DNA from: Paraspadella gotoi
Lineage: Eukaryota; Animalia; Chaetognatha
Direction of reading: 5' to 3'
Assembly: GCA_051294375.1 (NCBI GenBank)
Contig: CM119267.1
Span: 1,809,547-1,873,546 of the forward strand
DNA length: 64,000 nt
In this document: positions 14,101 to 27,716 of the stretch, piece after piece
How the letters are laid out: the number at the start of each line of letters is the position of its first letter
Position numbering within the stretch: the first letter of the stretch is position 1
Translations under genes and position numbers: made by a program
The notes under the pieces: model-generated
What the model saw: the letters and a program-made list of their open reading frames with translations, nothing else
The model's database searches: none
What the model was told of the DNA's origin: nothing

Positions 14101-15614
14101 CAATAAATGTGCAAGCGATCGAGAGACATACTATAATAGCACAAAGGTAGCCAACGGCTGAGAAGATAGGTGAACGGAGAGAGAGATGGAGAGAGAGAGA
14201 GAGAGGAGAGAGAGCAGAGAGATTGATGATGCGATTATAGAAAAAAAAAAGAATACCCACCCCTCCCGATTAATATCGTCGGGATCTATTTTTGCAGTGC
14301 GAAGGGGCGGCGGGTAAACCAAAACGTCGAAGTTTCTCTTTGGCTGACGACCATCGAAGATGCGTTTGGGTTCGCTTCTGCAATGAATTGGACTTCATTG
14401 TCGAGGTTCATTGTAATTCAATGCTTTTGTTCATTGTGTGTTAATATTTAAGGTTTATTAATAATATTTAATAATATTGGTTTAAAAACCAGTTAAAATT
14501 AACCATTTCATTCAAAAAGATCAATTTTTTAGTAACCTGCATTGCTATCGTGCGTTTTTTAAATTATGTTACTTGTTTAATATTTAACACTTTTCAAGTA
14601 GATGTAGCGAGAAATAAGTAAAATAGTCATGAACAAAGTCTTTAAAAAAAGTAAAAGGGAAAACCAAAAAACCCAAAATAAAGAAGAACTGTGGAAAACA
14701 GAACAATAAATTCTAATTGTTTAAGATGTGTAAATTTCAGTATCAAAAAGGAAATATCTGTGCAGCCAAAACATTAATTACCGTAAACGCTCTAAAAAAA
14801 GATCAAAACGTTAGCGAAACTCTCTACAGTGTGTACTAAATTAAGTTAACTTAAAAAATATTTCAATTAATTAGTTTAAAGTTTTTTCTTCCAATTTTCT
14901 TCAGCTTAAACATAAAATTCACGGATTAGGAAAAACCTTTTTCTGTCGCCAATCGGCCTAATCTTTTTTTCCTCGACCTCTCTTTCTCTCCTTCCCTCCC
15001 TCCCTTCCTCCTTCTCTCCCTCCCTTCCTCCCTCCCTTCCTCCCTCTTTTCTCTCCTTCGCTCCCTCCCCTTCCTCCTTCTCTCCCTCCCTTTCTCCTCC
15101 CTCTTTCTCTCCCTCCCTTCCTCCCTCCTCTCCCTTCCTCCTTCTCTTCCCCTTTCCTCCCTCCCTCCCTCATCCCCCGGGCGTGGCGGACCGTGTCAAA
15201 GTCCGTGTCAAACCGCGTCGGAAGCATGCGAGCGTCAAACTGCGTCAAAACGCGTCACGTGCCACTCCACGTCATCGGCATCGACTTCGTCACGGAAATT
15301 CTCTGACTTTTTTCGGCCCTTAAAAAAAAAAAAAAAAAGGAAAAAAAGAAAAGAAAGAAAGGGCTTTTTTTTTATTCTCTTTTCTTTTTTCTTTTTCTTT
15401 CTTTTTTTTTTTCCCCCTATTTTCCTCTGGTCACACGTGACATGGGAAGGATTGAAAGCAATTGGATGGAATGGGGGAAGGAGAGAGAGGAGAGAGAGAA
15501 GAGAGAGGAGAGGAGAGAAGACAGAGAGAGGAACAGGAGAAGGAAGGTAGAGAAGAGAAAAGAGCGGGACGAGGATAAAAAAGATCGACAGATGGAAGGA
15601 GAAAAAAAAAACAA
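11169..15614 (+). other. Direct ~1.3-kb duplication (11169-12498 vs 14361-15614), noisy; likely artefact
   Basis: Colinear unique sequence (aaaggaaatatctgtg...ttaccgtaaacgctct...cggaccgtgtcaaagtccgtgtcaaac) differing by many indels. Confidence 0.85.
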
Positions 15615-16666
15615 TGGTCCGACTTTATTTTTCCCCCACTTTTTCCTTCTTTTCTTTTTTTTTACTTCTTTTATATTTTATTTTTTTTACTTTTTTCTTT
15701 CCTTTTACTTTTTATATTTTTCTTTCTTTCGTTTCTTTCCTTTTATTTCATTTTTTCTTTTTTTTTTCTTTCCCTTCCTGATCTTCTTAAATTTTTTGGT
15801 ATTTTTCAATATTTTCTTTCTTTTTTTCCTTTACTTCATTTTCCAACTTTTATATCTAACCTCTTTCCTTTTTCTTTTCGATTTTTCCCATGGTCTGGAT
15901 TTCCAAACCCAACTTTCATAATTTTTATTGATCTTTTTTCTTTTTTGAAAGTCTTNNNNNNNNNNNNNNNNNNNNNNNNNAAAAGAAAGGAAAAGAAAGG
16001 AAAAGTGGGAAATAAAGTCGGAAACCATTGTTTTTCTCCTTCCATCTGTCGATCTTTTTTATCCTTCGTCGCATCTTCTCNNNNNNNNNNNNNNNNNNNN
16101 NNNNNGGATTATAAAGTGCATAGCTAAAAATAACTGGATTATCAGCTGGAATGATTAAGATTCTAAAGAAGTGAATGTAAGCAGCTAGACTTCATTATTT
16201 TCGTTGGGAGAGAATTGGCCGATTTTGGATGGAAATGCTGCTCTCTTTATTTTCTTTTCTTTTTTTTTATTTCATTCTTAGGTTTTTCTTTCTTGGGAGG
16301 TGGAAGCTCGAAAAGGATATCTGTCAATTCGCTTTCGTCATTTTACTACATCTAATATTTTTCTTCAATTTCACTATTCATGCAATCCGTCGAATTTCCT
16401 CGCGTCCATCATCCGAAAAATTAAGTTAAACTCTCCCTCCCTCCTCCTCCTCATCCTCGCTCCTCTTGGGGTAAGTTCTCTAAAAGTTTGAAAATAAAAC
16501 ATGACAAAACTGTATTCATGTGGCATAAAATGTTGCGATGCCACGCGCTTCCAAGATTCATCCTTACGAAAGCGTTCGCAGCACCCATATCTCTATATTC
16601 AGAGCAGTATACCATGACGTCGTTTTCTCTATCAACGATATGCAGAGAGAGAAGACGAGAGATCAG

Positions 16667-16698
<32 letters not shown>

Positions 16699-16991
16699 CA
16701 GACCGCCTCACCCTCTCGTTCGGGGCGGCCCGCTCCCTACGACTCACCCAACTATAAGACTTCGCTCATCTTTCATGTACCGTCCCTTCAAAGGTACTGT
16801 GTCTACCTTCTGTGCCATGCCTATCAGTACGCGCTGTGTGCTCTAGTCGGCCGGCCACTCGCCTCGGTACACAGATCATTCTCCGGCCCATCAGCCGAGG
16901 AGGCAACGGTTTTCTTTTTTCACGGCCCGACGACCCGAAGGCATTCGGGGTAGGGGTGGAGACGAGGCAGAGAGGAGGAGAGGAGAGGAGG

Positions 16992-17042
<51 letters not shown>

Positions 17043-17638
17043 ACCTTACAGGAGTTCCAATCATTGTTTGTCTCTCCTCGCTCAATTTACGACTTTTGTT
17101 AAGATAAACCAGTAGTCATTTCACTTCTTCTCTGGATCAATTCAATCAAGCAAACCTATCATCACATCAAATTGTTTTAAGACGAAGATAATTTTAGAGT
17201 TTTAAATAAGGTATAGTAATACAGTTAATACATTCCCAATCAATCATTAATTCAATATCATATAATCAGATTTTAAGACATATGATTGTCCCCAACGCAA
17301 TTTTCAGAAAATTCTTGACCAAACAGAACCCAAAACTTGTAGCTGACACGGCCAATACTCGCTCATTGACAACCAAACTTGTAAACTGACTCCCAAACTC
17401 CACATTGACCCAAACTCCACTTGACCCAACACTTGTAACTGACCCTAAACTCGCACATTGACCAAACTTCACTGACGCCAACTTGAGCCAAAAAGAATTA
17501 TTTTTCTCTTTGTTCTTATTATCCTGTAAATTCGGCTCTTCCTTATGCCGCTCCTCTTCTTAAACTCCTTCTCCTCTCTCCTCTTCTTCTTTTTTTGTTG
17601 TTCTCAGTCGTTTATTTACTCCTTCTGGTATCTTTCAT

Positions 17639-17683
<45 letters not shown>

Positions 17684-17844
17684 TCTCTCTCGTCTCTCTT
17701 TCTCTTCTCTCTCTTCTCTCTCTGGATGTGTTGTCGAACCTCGAACTCGACCGTAGGAACAGAGAAAATGAATTTCTTTCCTATTCATTTTCGTAGTGAC
17801 AGCGACGATGACGGATGACGATCAAGGCTGAGTTTGACAGTGTT

Positions 17845-18052
17845 CTCGCTCACTTTTGATTTCGTTCTCCACTTTTGTATTTTGTTTCCTCACACTTTTG
17901 ATTTCGTTTTCGCACTTTTCATTTTTTCTCCCAATTTTCATTTTGTTCTCAGATTTTTTTTCTCCACTTTTGAATTGGTTCTACACTTGATTTTGTTTCT
18001 AAAGTTTTGATTTATTTCTCCACTTTTGATTTTGTCTCCCACTTTGATTTCG
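17845..18052 (+). repeat. ~21-bp minisatellite (ccacttttgattttgtttct)
   Basis: Repeated cacttttga units. Confidence 0.85.
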
Positions 18053-18312
18053 TTTATGCCATTGTCTTTGTTTCAGGCACTTTTTATTTTTTGCCACCGC
18101 AATTACAGTTTCGTTCTCCACATTCAACTTGAAATCTTTACTTTCTAAGACATGCACCCTTATCGATAGGCCTTGCCCGACATTCCATGCTTTCTCCATG
18201 CCTGTCTCCCTCTCAAAAAATCTCCGTTTTTTCTCCTCCTCCTCCTCCCTCCTCTTCATCCTTGGGGCGCCATTTTGTATTTTATACGCCTCTATTTCCG
18301 TAGTAGGGGAAC

Positions 18313-18349
<37 letters not shown>

Positions 18350-18498
18350 AGAAGAGAGGAGAGAGAGAGAGAGAGAGGAGTAGAGAGAAGAGAGAGAGAG
18401 GAAATTCGATTGCTAATTTGCATAAATGCATGAGACGGTGGAAACTCTTCCGTGGCCTTCGCGCGAACTCAAGGCTGATCCGAGCCCGTCATCGAAAG

Positions 18499-18582
<84 letters not shown>

Positions 18583-20414
18583 TTCCCCGGTGCCCATGTA
18601 ATCCTTTCGATTAAAAGCGATCGGTTGCAAAATTGATGAGTACATACGAAACCAGATCCCGACAAACACACCGAGAGACTGAGACAGACAGAGATAGAGA
18701 GAGATGGAGAGAGAGAGAGAGACAGACAGACTGGAACACAGAGGATGGCAGTGAATTGAGATGTCGTAAGTTTCTGTTAGTTTCACGTGATATTTTTTTG
18801 GGGGTCACTTTTTAGTAACTATCTTGGACCTTGGTTCTGATACAATATTGTACTTTTTTAGTAGTTTATCCGAGTTTATTGAAAAAAATGATTGATTTTT
18901 ATATTACTTTTATCAATTTCATAGCTCAGTATTCGAAGTGCTTAGTAAAATTAATTTCCCTAAGAAAGTGTTCCTTTTTCTAAAATATTAACATAAATAA
19001 ATAATATAAATAAATATAATAACATTGTATCGGCGGTGGCGAGCGTCGCCGTAGAGGGAGACGGCTCAACGTCCGAGGATTGGGAATGAAAATATCTTAG
19101 TTCAAGTTTCCCTAAATTCGAGATCGGGAGTCGCGACGATGGATAATTGAAGAAGAGGGAAAAAGGGTTGGCTGAGGCTATCTGGGTTATTTTAGATAAC
19201 GTTTGATTTGGAATTTTATAAATTCTACATATGCCTCAAAGATAACGACGTCGAAACGGTTTTGAGACCGTTTATTTACCTTTTCACCGAAATTTTAACG
19301 TTTATTTGGATTGTTTACAAATAATTTGGAAATGCTTTTACAACCTCGCCTATTTTTAACTTCGATAAATAAACAACTTTTGAAACCTCGATCGTCGACA
19401 TTTGTAAAATAAGTCTGAAAGCAGAGGCAGCGCAAACAAACATTATATTTATAACTCTTCTTTGATCCAAAAAACCCGGGATGTTGATTGTTGAACTAGA
19501 TCGAGATTGCTTTGATTCAAAGCCTGCAGAGTCCTGTGATTTTGTTATCCTGTATCATAGATCTTGGCCATACCGAATCATAGTACGCGGCAGAACCCTT
19601 CGAAGCAAAGTCATCTCAGACGACGTTCGCACTAGAAAAACAACCCCCAAAAAAAAACTCGCGCGACGGCGGATAGATATCAAGGACGCCGCCGACCACG
19701 AAAAGACCGCGCTGACGACGACTCTGACTCGAGGGCGTCTCCATGGCAACCGCTTGACGACGGGAGGGAGACGCCGGGGGATTACGGGCACACTCTCCAA
19801 CGCCCCCTCTCACTCTCTCTCTTCTCTCTCTCTCTCTGCTCTGCTCTGTACGTATAATGTCAGCGGAGGAGGAGGAGGAGGAGGAAGAGGAGGGATTTCA
19901 CGTCGTTCTGATTTCTGATTACTTTTCCATGAGGCTGACGTAGGAGGAGAGAGGGAGAGAGGGAGAAGTAGAGAAGAGGAGAGAGAAGAGGAGACAGAAA
20001 AGAAGAGGAGATTACGAGAGGAAGTAGAGAAGTACAGGTAGAGGAGAGAAGTCGGGGAGAAAATAATAATACACAATTTGTTTACATCCATGTCGTGTGA
20101 ATTTTACGGAAATGCTTTCCAAGAAATCATCCAAGCGGACAAACTCACAAGCAAGCTCACAAGCAAACTCACAAGCATCCAAGCAAACTCGTTTTCGAAC
20201 CGGGAAACTCGAGGACAAACAACTTCGACGCAAATTTCGACCTTCGGCGATCGACACTACTGTCACATCTCACAATCTCTCACAAGCCCCCTTCACATGT
20301 TCACAACTCCCTCTTCACCCCCTTCCCGACCCCATTTTCCCCCCTTCCATCTCCCAATGTCGTCGTGGACTTAAAAATGCTTCACCCATAAAAAAGATCC
20401 TTCGCCGACGGAGG

Positions 20415-23400
20415 AAAGGAAATTAGAGGGAGGAAGGGAGGAATTTAGAGGGAGGAAGGGAGGAATTTAGAGGGAGGAAGGGAGGAATCTAGAGGGAGGA
20501 AGGAAGGAATTTAGAGGGAGGAAGAAAGGAATTTAGAGGGAGGAGTTTAGAGGGAGGAAGGGAGGAATTTAGAGGGAGGAAGGGAGGAATCTAAGGAAGA
20601 AGGAAGGGAAGAATTTAAGGGAGGAGAAAAGGTATAGAGGGAGAGTTAGGATGAAGGAGAAGAGGGGGAGACTTAGAGAGATAGAGCGGAGGAAGGGGGA
20701 ATTAGAGGGAGAAGGAGGAATATAGAGGGAGGAGGGAGAGATTTAGAGGGAGGAAGGGAGGATTTAGAGGAGGAAGGGAGGAATTTAGAGGGAGGAAGGG
20801 AGGAATTTAGAGGGAAGGAAGGAAGGAATTTAGAGGGAGGAAGAAAGGAATTTAGAGGGAGGAGTTTAGAGGGAGGAAGGAGGAATTTAGAGGGAGGAGG
20901 AGGAATTTAGAGGGAGGAAGGAGGAATTTAGAGGGAGGAAGGGAGGAATTTAGAGGAGGAGGGAGGATTTAGAGGGAGGAAGGAGGAATCTAGAGGGAGG
21001 AAGAAGGAATTTAGAGGAGGAAAGAAGGAATTTAGAGGAGGAGTTTAGAGGGAGGAAAGGGAGGAATTTAGAGGTAGGAGGGAGGAATTTAGAGGGAGGA
21101 GGGAGGGAATTTAGAGGGAGGAAAGGGAGGAATTTAGAGGGAGGAAGGGAGGAATTTAGAGGAGGAAGGAGGAATTAGAGGGAGGAAGGGAGGAATTTAG
21201 AGGGAGGAAGAAAGGAATTTAGAGGGAGGAGTTTGAGGGGAGGAGGAGGAATTTAGAGGAGGAAGGGAGGAATTTAGAGGGAGGAAGAGGAATTTAGAGG
21301 AGGAAGGAAGAATTTAGAGGGAGGAAGAAGGAAGGGAGGAGTTTAGAGGGAGGAAGGAGGAATTTAGAGGGAGGAAGGGAGGAATTTAGAGGGAGGAAGG
21401 GAGGAATTTAGAGGGAGGAGGGAGGAATTTAGAGGAGAAGGGAGGAATTTAGAGGAGGAAGGGAGGAATCTAGAGGGAGGAAGAGGAATTTAGAGGGAGG
21501 AAGAAGGAATTTAGAGGAGGATAGAGGAGGAGGGAGGATTTAGAGGGAGGAAGGGAGGAATTTAGAGGGAGGAAGGAGGGAATTTAAGGGAGGAAGGGAG
21601 GAATTTAGAGGGAGGAAGGGAGGAATTTAGAGGGAGGAAGGGAGGAATCTAGAGGGAGGAAGGAAGGAATTTAAGGAGGAAAGAAAGAAGTTTAGAGGGA
21701 AGGAGTTTAGGGAGGAGGAGGGGAGGAATTTAGAGGGAGGAAGGGAGGATTTAGAGGGAGGAAGGGAGGAATTTAGAGGGAGGAAGGAGGAATTTAGAGG
21801 GAGGAAGAAAGGAATTTAGAGGGAGGAGTTTAGAGGAGGAAGGGAGGAATTTAGAGGAGGAGGGAGGAAAGGAGGAATTTAGAGGGAGGAAGGAGGGAAT
21901 TTAGAGGGAGGAAGGGAGGAATTAGAGGAGGAAGGGAGGAATTTAGAGGGAGGGAGGAATTTAGAGGGAGGAAGGGAGGGAATTCTAGAGGGAGGGAGGG
22001 AGGAATTAGGAGGGAGGGGAAGAAATTTTAGAGGGAGGAAGGGAGGAATTAGAGGGAGAAAGGGAGGAATTTAGAGGGGGGAGGAGAGAATCTAGAGGAG
22101 GAAGAGGAGGAATTTAGAGGGAGGAAGGGAGGAATCTAGAGGGAGGAAGGAAGGAATTTAGAGGGGGAAGAAAGGAATTTAGAGGGAGGAGTTTAGAGGG
22201 GAGGAAGGGAGAAATTTAGAGGGAGGAAGGGAGGAATTTAGAGGGGAGAAGGGAGGAATTTAGAGGAGGAAGGGAGGATTAGAGGGGGAAGGAGGAATTT
22301 AGAGGGAGGAAGGGAGGAATTTGAGAAGGGAGAGAGGAGGAAGGGAGGAATTTAGAGGGAGGAAGGGAGGAATCTAGAGGGAGGGAAGGAGGAATTATAG
22401 AGGAAGGAAGAAAGGAATTTAGAGGGGGAGTTTAGAGGGAGGAAGGGAGGAATTTAGAGGGAGGAAGGAGGAAGGAGGAATTTTAGAAGAGGAGGAAGGG
22501 AGGAATTTAGAGGGAGAAGGGAGGAATCTAGAGGAGGAAGGGAGGAATTTAGAGAGGAGGGAGGAATTTAGGAGGGAGGAAGGGAGGAATATAGAGGGAG
22601 GGAGGGAGGAATTAGGAGGGGGAAGAAATTAGAGGAGGAAGGGAGGATTTAGAGGGAGAAGGAGGATTTAGGGGAGGAGGAGGATTTAGAGGAAGGAAGG
22701 AGGAATTAGAGGGAGGAAGGGAGAATCTAGAGGGAGGAAGGAAGGAATTAGAGGGAGGAAGAAAGGAATTTAGAGGGAGGAGTTTAGAGGCGGAAGGGAG
22801 GAATTTAGAGGGGGAAGGGAGGAATTTAGAGGAGGAAGGGAGGTTTGAGGGAGAAGGGAGGAATTTAGAGGGAGGAAGGGAGATTTGGGGAGGAAGGAGG
22901 AATTTAGGGAGGAAGGAGGAATTTAGAGGGAGAAGGAGGAATTAGAGGGAGGAAGGGAGGAATCTAGAGGAGGAAGGAAGGAATTAGAGGGAGGAAGATA
23001 GGAATTTAGAGGGGAGTTTAGAGGGAGGAAGGGAGGAATTTAGAGGGAGAAGGGGAAGGAGGAATTTAGAGGGAGGAAGGGAGGGATTTAGAGGGAGGAA
23101 GGAGAGGAATCTAAGGAGGAAGGAGGGAATTTAGAGGGAGGGGAGGAATTTAGAGGGAGGAAGGGAGGAATCTAGAGGGATGGGAGGGAGAAATAGGAGG
23201 GATGGAGAATTTAGAGGGAGGAAGGGAGGAATTTAGAGGGAGAAAGGGAGAATTTAGAGGGAGGGAGGGAGGAATCTAGAGGAAGGAAGGGAGGAATTTA
23301 GAAGGGAGAAGAGGAAGGAATCTAGAGGGAGGAGGAAGGAATTTAGAGGAGAAGAAAGAGAATTTAGAGGGAGGAGTTTAGAGGGAGGAGGGAGGAATTT

Positions 23401-23592
23401 AAAGGGAGGAAAGAGCAGGAATCTAGAGAGTGAAGGGGATTAGGGGAAGGGAATATGAGGGAGGAAGGGAGGAATTAGAGGAGGAAGGGAAATCTTAGAG
23501 GAGAAGGAAAGGAAGGAGAATTTAGAGGGAGAAGGGAGGAATATAGAGGGAGAAAGGAGGAATTTAGAAGAGGAAGAGAGGAATTTAGAGGG
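20415..23592 (+). repeat. 22-bp purine-rich minisatellite (GGAATTTAGAGGGAGGAAGGGA)n, ~3.2 kb
   Basis: Direct reading; period 22 (e.g. 20441 to 20463), with indel noise and recurrent variant units. Confidence 0.97.
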
Positions 23593-23691
23593 GGCGAGGG
23601 GGTAGAAAGGTGGGGGAGGGGGTGGAGGGGGGTAAGGGGGGAGTGGGTAAGAGTTTATAGTAGAAGTGAAAAGAGGAAAGAAAAAAAAGAA

Positions 23692-23727
<36 letters not shown>

Positions 23728-23799
23728 AGAAAAGGAGGAAAGTAACCAATAATTCGCGTTAACGTTTTCCTCAATCGACAACTGAGCAACACCAATTTT

Positions 23800-23855
<56 letters not shown>

Positions 23856-24779
23856 CCTCTCTCTCGTTATAATTTCCGCCAATAATTCGCCAATTTTTTA
23901 AAAAATGCATTAATAGTAGATTTTTAACATTAAATAGCTAATTACTATTATTGTTTTAATATTTCCTACAAATTTGTCCTCACAGACTTTCACCGTTTTC
24001 ATTTTCATCGTCGACCCTGAGAGCGAATTCTGTCTCGCGTGGAAAAGTCGTCAGCAAAACAAATAAAGGATCAACGCAACTTCGTCTTGGCATTTCTGAG
24101 AAATGCCACGATGAGGACGACGACGACAGAAAGGAGAACGACGACCGTAAAGAATTCCAAGACGAAAAAAAGAAAAAACTTCATTTGTAAACTATCGGAG
24201 TTCGTCTAAGTTACTTAATCTCATTTGCATATTGCAGTGCGTGTTTACAAGATTGATGTATCGGCTTGGCTCTTTTTTTTGCGGGACTCATATTAAACTA
24301 TTTCATTAAAACTAACGAACCACAAGAAAAACATAAACAACACGGCACAACAACAACAACTTTAAGAAGAACAAAAACTCCTGAACGCCCCCCTCGAAGC
24401 CGACTTATCACGACAGAGCAGCGTCTTGTATGAAGTCGGTTCGAGTTCCGCTCTGGACTTTGGATTCTGGGTCGAACGGACAAGTAGGGCAGATGGGATG
24501 GGTGGGTGAGGGAGATGGTGGAAGAGAAGGTGGAGGTAACAAGATATATGGAGGCGTTGAAGTGTGCCAGGTTGGGACCAGTATATATGGACTGGAAAGT
24601 GGGGAGGAGGCATAGTGAAGATGATGGTTCTGGTAACATAGAATGAATGGAAAAGAAGACAAAGGAGACGGGTCACAGAATGAGAGAAGGAAATTGGACC
24701 GAGGATAAGAAGGGAGAATCTTATGGAATAAAAAGAGAAGAGAAATAGAAGAGAAAATAATGAAAAAAGAAAATAAAAA

Positions 24780-24921
24780 ACGTTGAGAGAGGTCAGAAAG
24801 AGAAGAGAATGATAGAGAGGAAAAGGCGTTGAGAGGGGTCAGAAAGAGAAGGTTATGAAAGAGAGGAAAAGGCGTTGAGAGAGGTCAGAAAGAGAATGGA
24901 ACGATAGAGAGGAAAAGGCGT
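24780..24921 (+). repeat. ~46-bp tandem repeat x3
   Basis: cgttgagagaggtcagaaagagaa...gagaggaaaagg repeated three times. Confidence 0.85.
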
Positions 24922-25384
24922 AAAGGAGGTGAGGTCATGCGGGAAAGAAAATCCAAGGCGAAAAGAGGCGAAGTCGGGTCAGGTCATCAAATTCCCACCG
25001 ACCAAGATTTTGAGGAGTTGTCACGTGACCCGAGACCGCGAATCGATCACGTGACCACACTCTTCCACACGTGACCACACGCCGGTCGACGAGACCACAA
25101 ATACAATCGCTATAGACGGCCTCTCCCGTTGGGATTTTTTTCTTTTTGTCTCCACGCTTGTCACTTCTCCTCAACTCCCACAAGTAAACTCTCTCTGTCC
25201 CCCACAACTCACCACTCACCACACCCCCCAGCACTTCCGCACAACTTCCTTCCACCCGCCCCCTCTGTATGCGTTGTTGTCCGTGGTGTTATGACGTCAT
25301 CGCTTCGCCCGCGAGCGAAAAAGGTCGCACGTGGATGGGCGCGTGGATGGGCGCCACCCCGCTCTCTCTTCTCTCTTCTTGACC

Positions 25385-25449
<65 letters not shown>

Positions 25450-25710
25450 CTCTCTCTCGTCCGTGACTCATTAAATTTTATTGCGGGTTTAACAAGGATT
25501 AGATTTGTCTTTAATGATCCCAAGGTTCGCGGTTCGCGTCTCAGCGTTAACTGTTTTCCTTTTCGTTTCTCTGTTTTGTTTTTTGGTTTTTTTTTAATTC
25601 TCAGTTTTTTAAATTTTTTCATGGATTTGTTTTTCCTGTTTCGTGTTTTGTATTTTTATCAAGTTTTCATTAATTTATTTTATTTTGAATTTCCATTCCT
25701 AATTTTTATT

Positions 25711-25759
<49 letters not shown>

Positions 25760-27033
25760 TTCGGGTTATCATTAACTGAGTTCTCATTGGAATCTTGGTT
25801 GTCGTCTTCGTCTTCATCTTCGGAATTAATCTATTTCTAATATCAAAGTAATAATCGATTATCATTAACGTTCGTCTTTTTTTATTGCAGTTGGAGTCGT
25901 CATTGCGATAGACATTGTCAACGTCAAAGGCGCGGAAATCCTAATTGTCGTCGTCGTCATCGCCATCATCGTCTTCGTCATCATCGTCGTCGTCATCGTT
26001 GTTGTCATCATTATCTTCGTCATCGTCTTTGTCATTGTCGTCGTCATCATCGACGTTGTCATCGTCGTCGTCGCCGTCGTNNNNNNNNNNNNNNNNNNNN
26101 NNNNNGGAAAAACTAAGAAGAAACTTTATAAAATATGTTATATGATATTTTTAATGCCTTTAGATCACAAAAAATGAACTAAAACGTTTTAACATTATAT
26201 AGAGTTTTACTACAGGAGAATAAAAAAGTCAGGATATTTTTACCTTTTTCTTATTTTAAGTATTCGAAGCATGACCAGAATTTTTGGAAACATGTTTATA
26301 TTATTTTTTGATTCAACCTTTTTATTGGAAGAATCTGAATCTTTATTAAAAGTTTATAAAAATATTTTAAAATTTACTATTTTATAAGGCTATTACTTAC
26401 AAATATATTATATGTTTGCGCTATTACTGTTCCCCAGATTAATATGCAACGACAAATTTCTGTACTTGTTAATTCCATACTATCTCAAATCTAAAATCAA
26501 TTGTTCGCATCATTTCAAATAGAATTTTTTGCTTCTTGAGTGCTCCACTCTAGCTGTGTAATGTTTTCTTCTTAAAGCAAATTACAATTTAGGTAACCAA
26601 ATCGTGACTACACTGTAAGTCTACTCACAACATGAAACTAAACATGAATACAATAAGATATTGTCATATACGTTATATATTACTATTATATTAATTATAC
26701 GATCCACCCACATGCCTCTAGATAATGACGCTGCGTTAACTTAAGAACTATTTTCTGGACGAGGAGAGGATGCAAGCGTTGAGTCCGCCGAAAACAGGAC
26801 AAGGAAACAAACAGGACACACCCAAGACGCCTTTGCCCCATGGTCTCCTAAATTATTAGTCTGTTTATTCTCACTGAATTTTAATGTATATCATAAACCC
26901 AAGCTCGCGAGGGCTAAACACCAAGCCTGGATCCAAAGTCAGGGACGCAAGACAGCTTATTTATTTAAATCGAAGATAATTGTTAAAATCTGGTTGTTAC
27001 CTACCAATTTCATAAATCCGAGTCTATTTATAC

Positions 27034-27210
27034 CTGTCAACAAAGACCTTCCCTACGACACGCATGCAACATTCCTTAAACACAGCACCTTAAGCTCCGA
27101 CTCGCCTGTCAGCGAAGCGAGAGCGCTGTCGCTCCGACTCTACTCAAATCTCGTAGCAGACTGAGGACGACGAAGTAGGAATACGTTCGTCATCACATAG
27201 ACAAAAGTAA
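27034..27210 (-). CDS. Putative exon (S4-like YFVVLSLLRxxSRV)
   Basis: gctaat...cag| acceptor and ag|gtataa donor; GC-rich; contains stops in the raw reading. Confidence 0.25.
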
Positions 27211-27716
27211 CTGAGCGGCATTAGCGATCAGAAAATTGGCCGCGGGTAAGTTCCGAGTCGGGTTTGAATTTCGCCTGGAAAAAAAAGAGTTAAATTCGAA
27301 TTTACATACTTGTTTTTTTAGATTTAAATATCGCGTTATGGTTGCAGGCATCAGGTTAAATTACAACATTATGGGCTTAGGGGCATCTTGTTAAAAATTA
27401 AGTATTCGGTTATAATAATAAACAAAAATTTCTATTTTAAGATTTAAATAACAAAATTGTGGTTTAAAGATTACCAAGTTAAAAGATTGAAATTAAAATT
27501 CAAGTAACAGGATTAGAGATTAAGCAGGAAAATTTAACAAATTCTACATAAAATTTTTAACATTAAATAATATTTATATATACAGGTAAAGATATGCGGA
27601 GCTTCGCAATTAATGTCAGAAAGTTTGCGGTCCGGTAAGCGGCGGATTTAATTAGTTGGGTTTGGTCCTTGACGTAAGAAAGTTTAATGGTTAGCAGGCC
27701 CAAAAAAATAATCATA

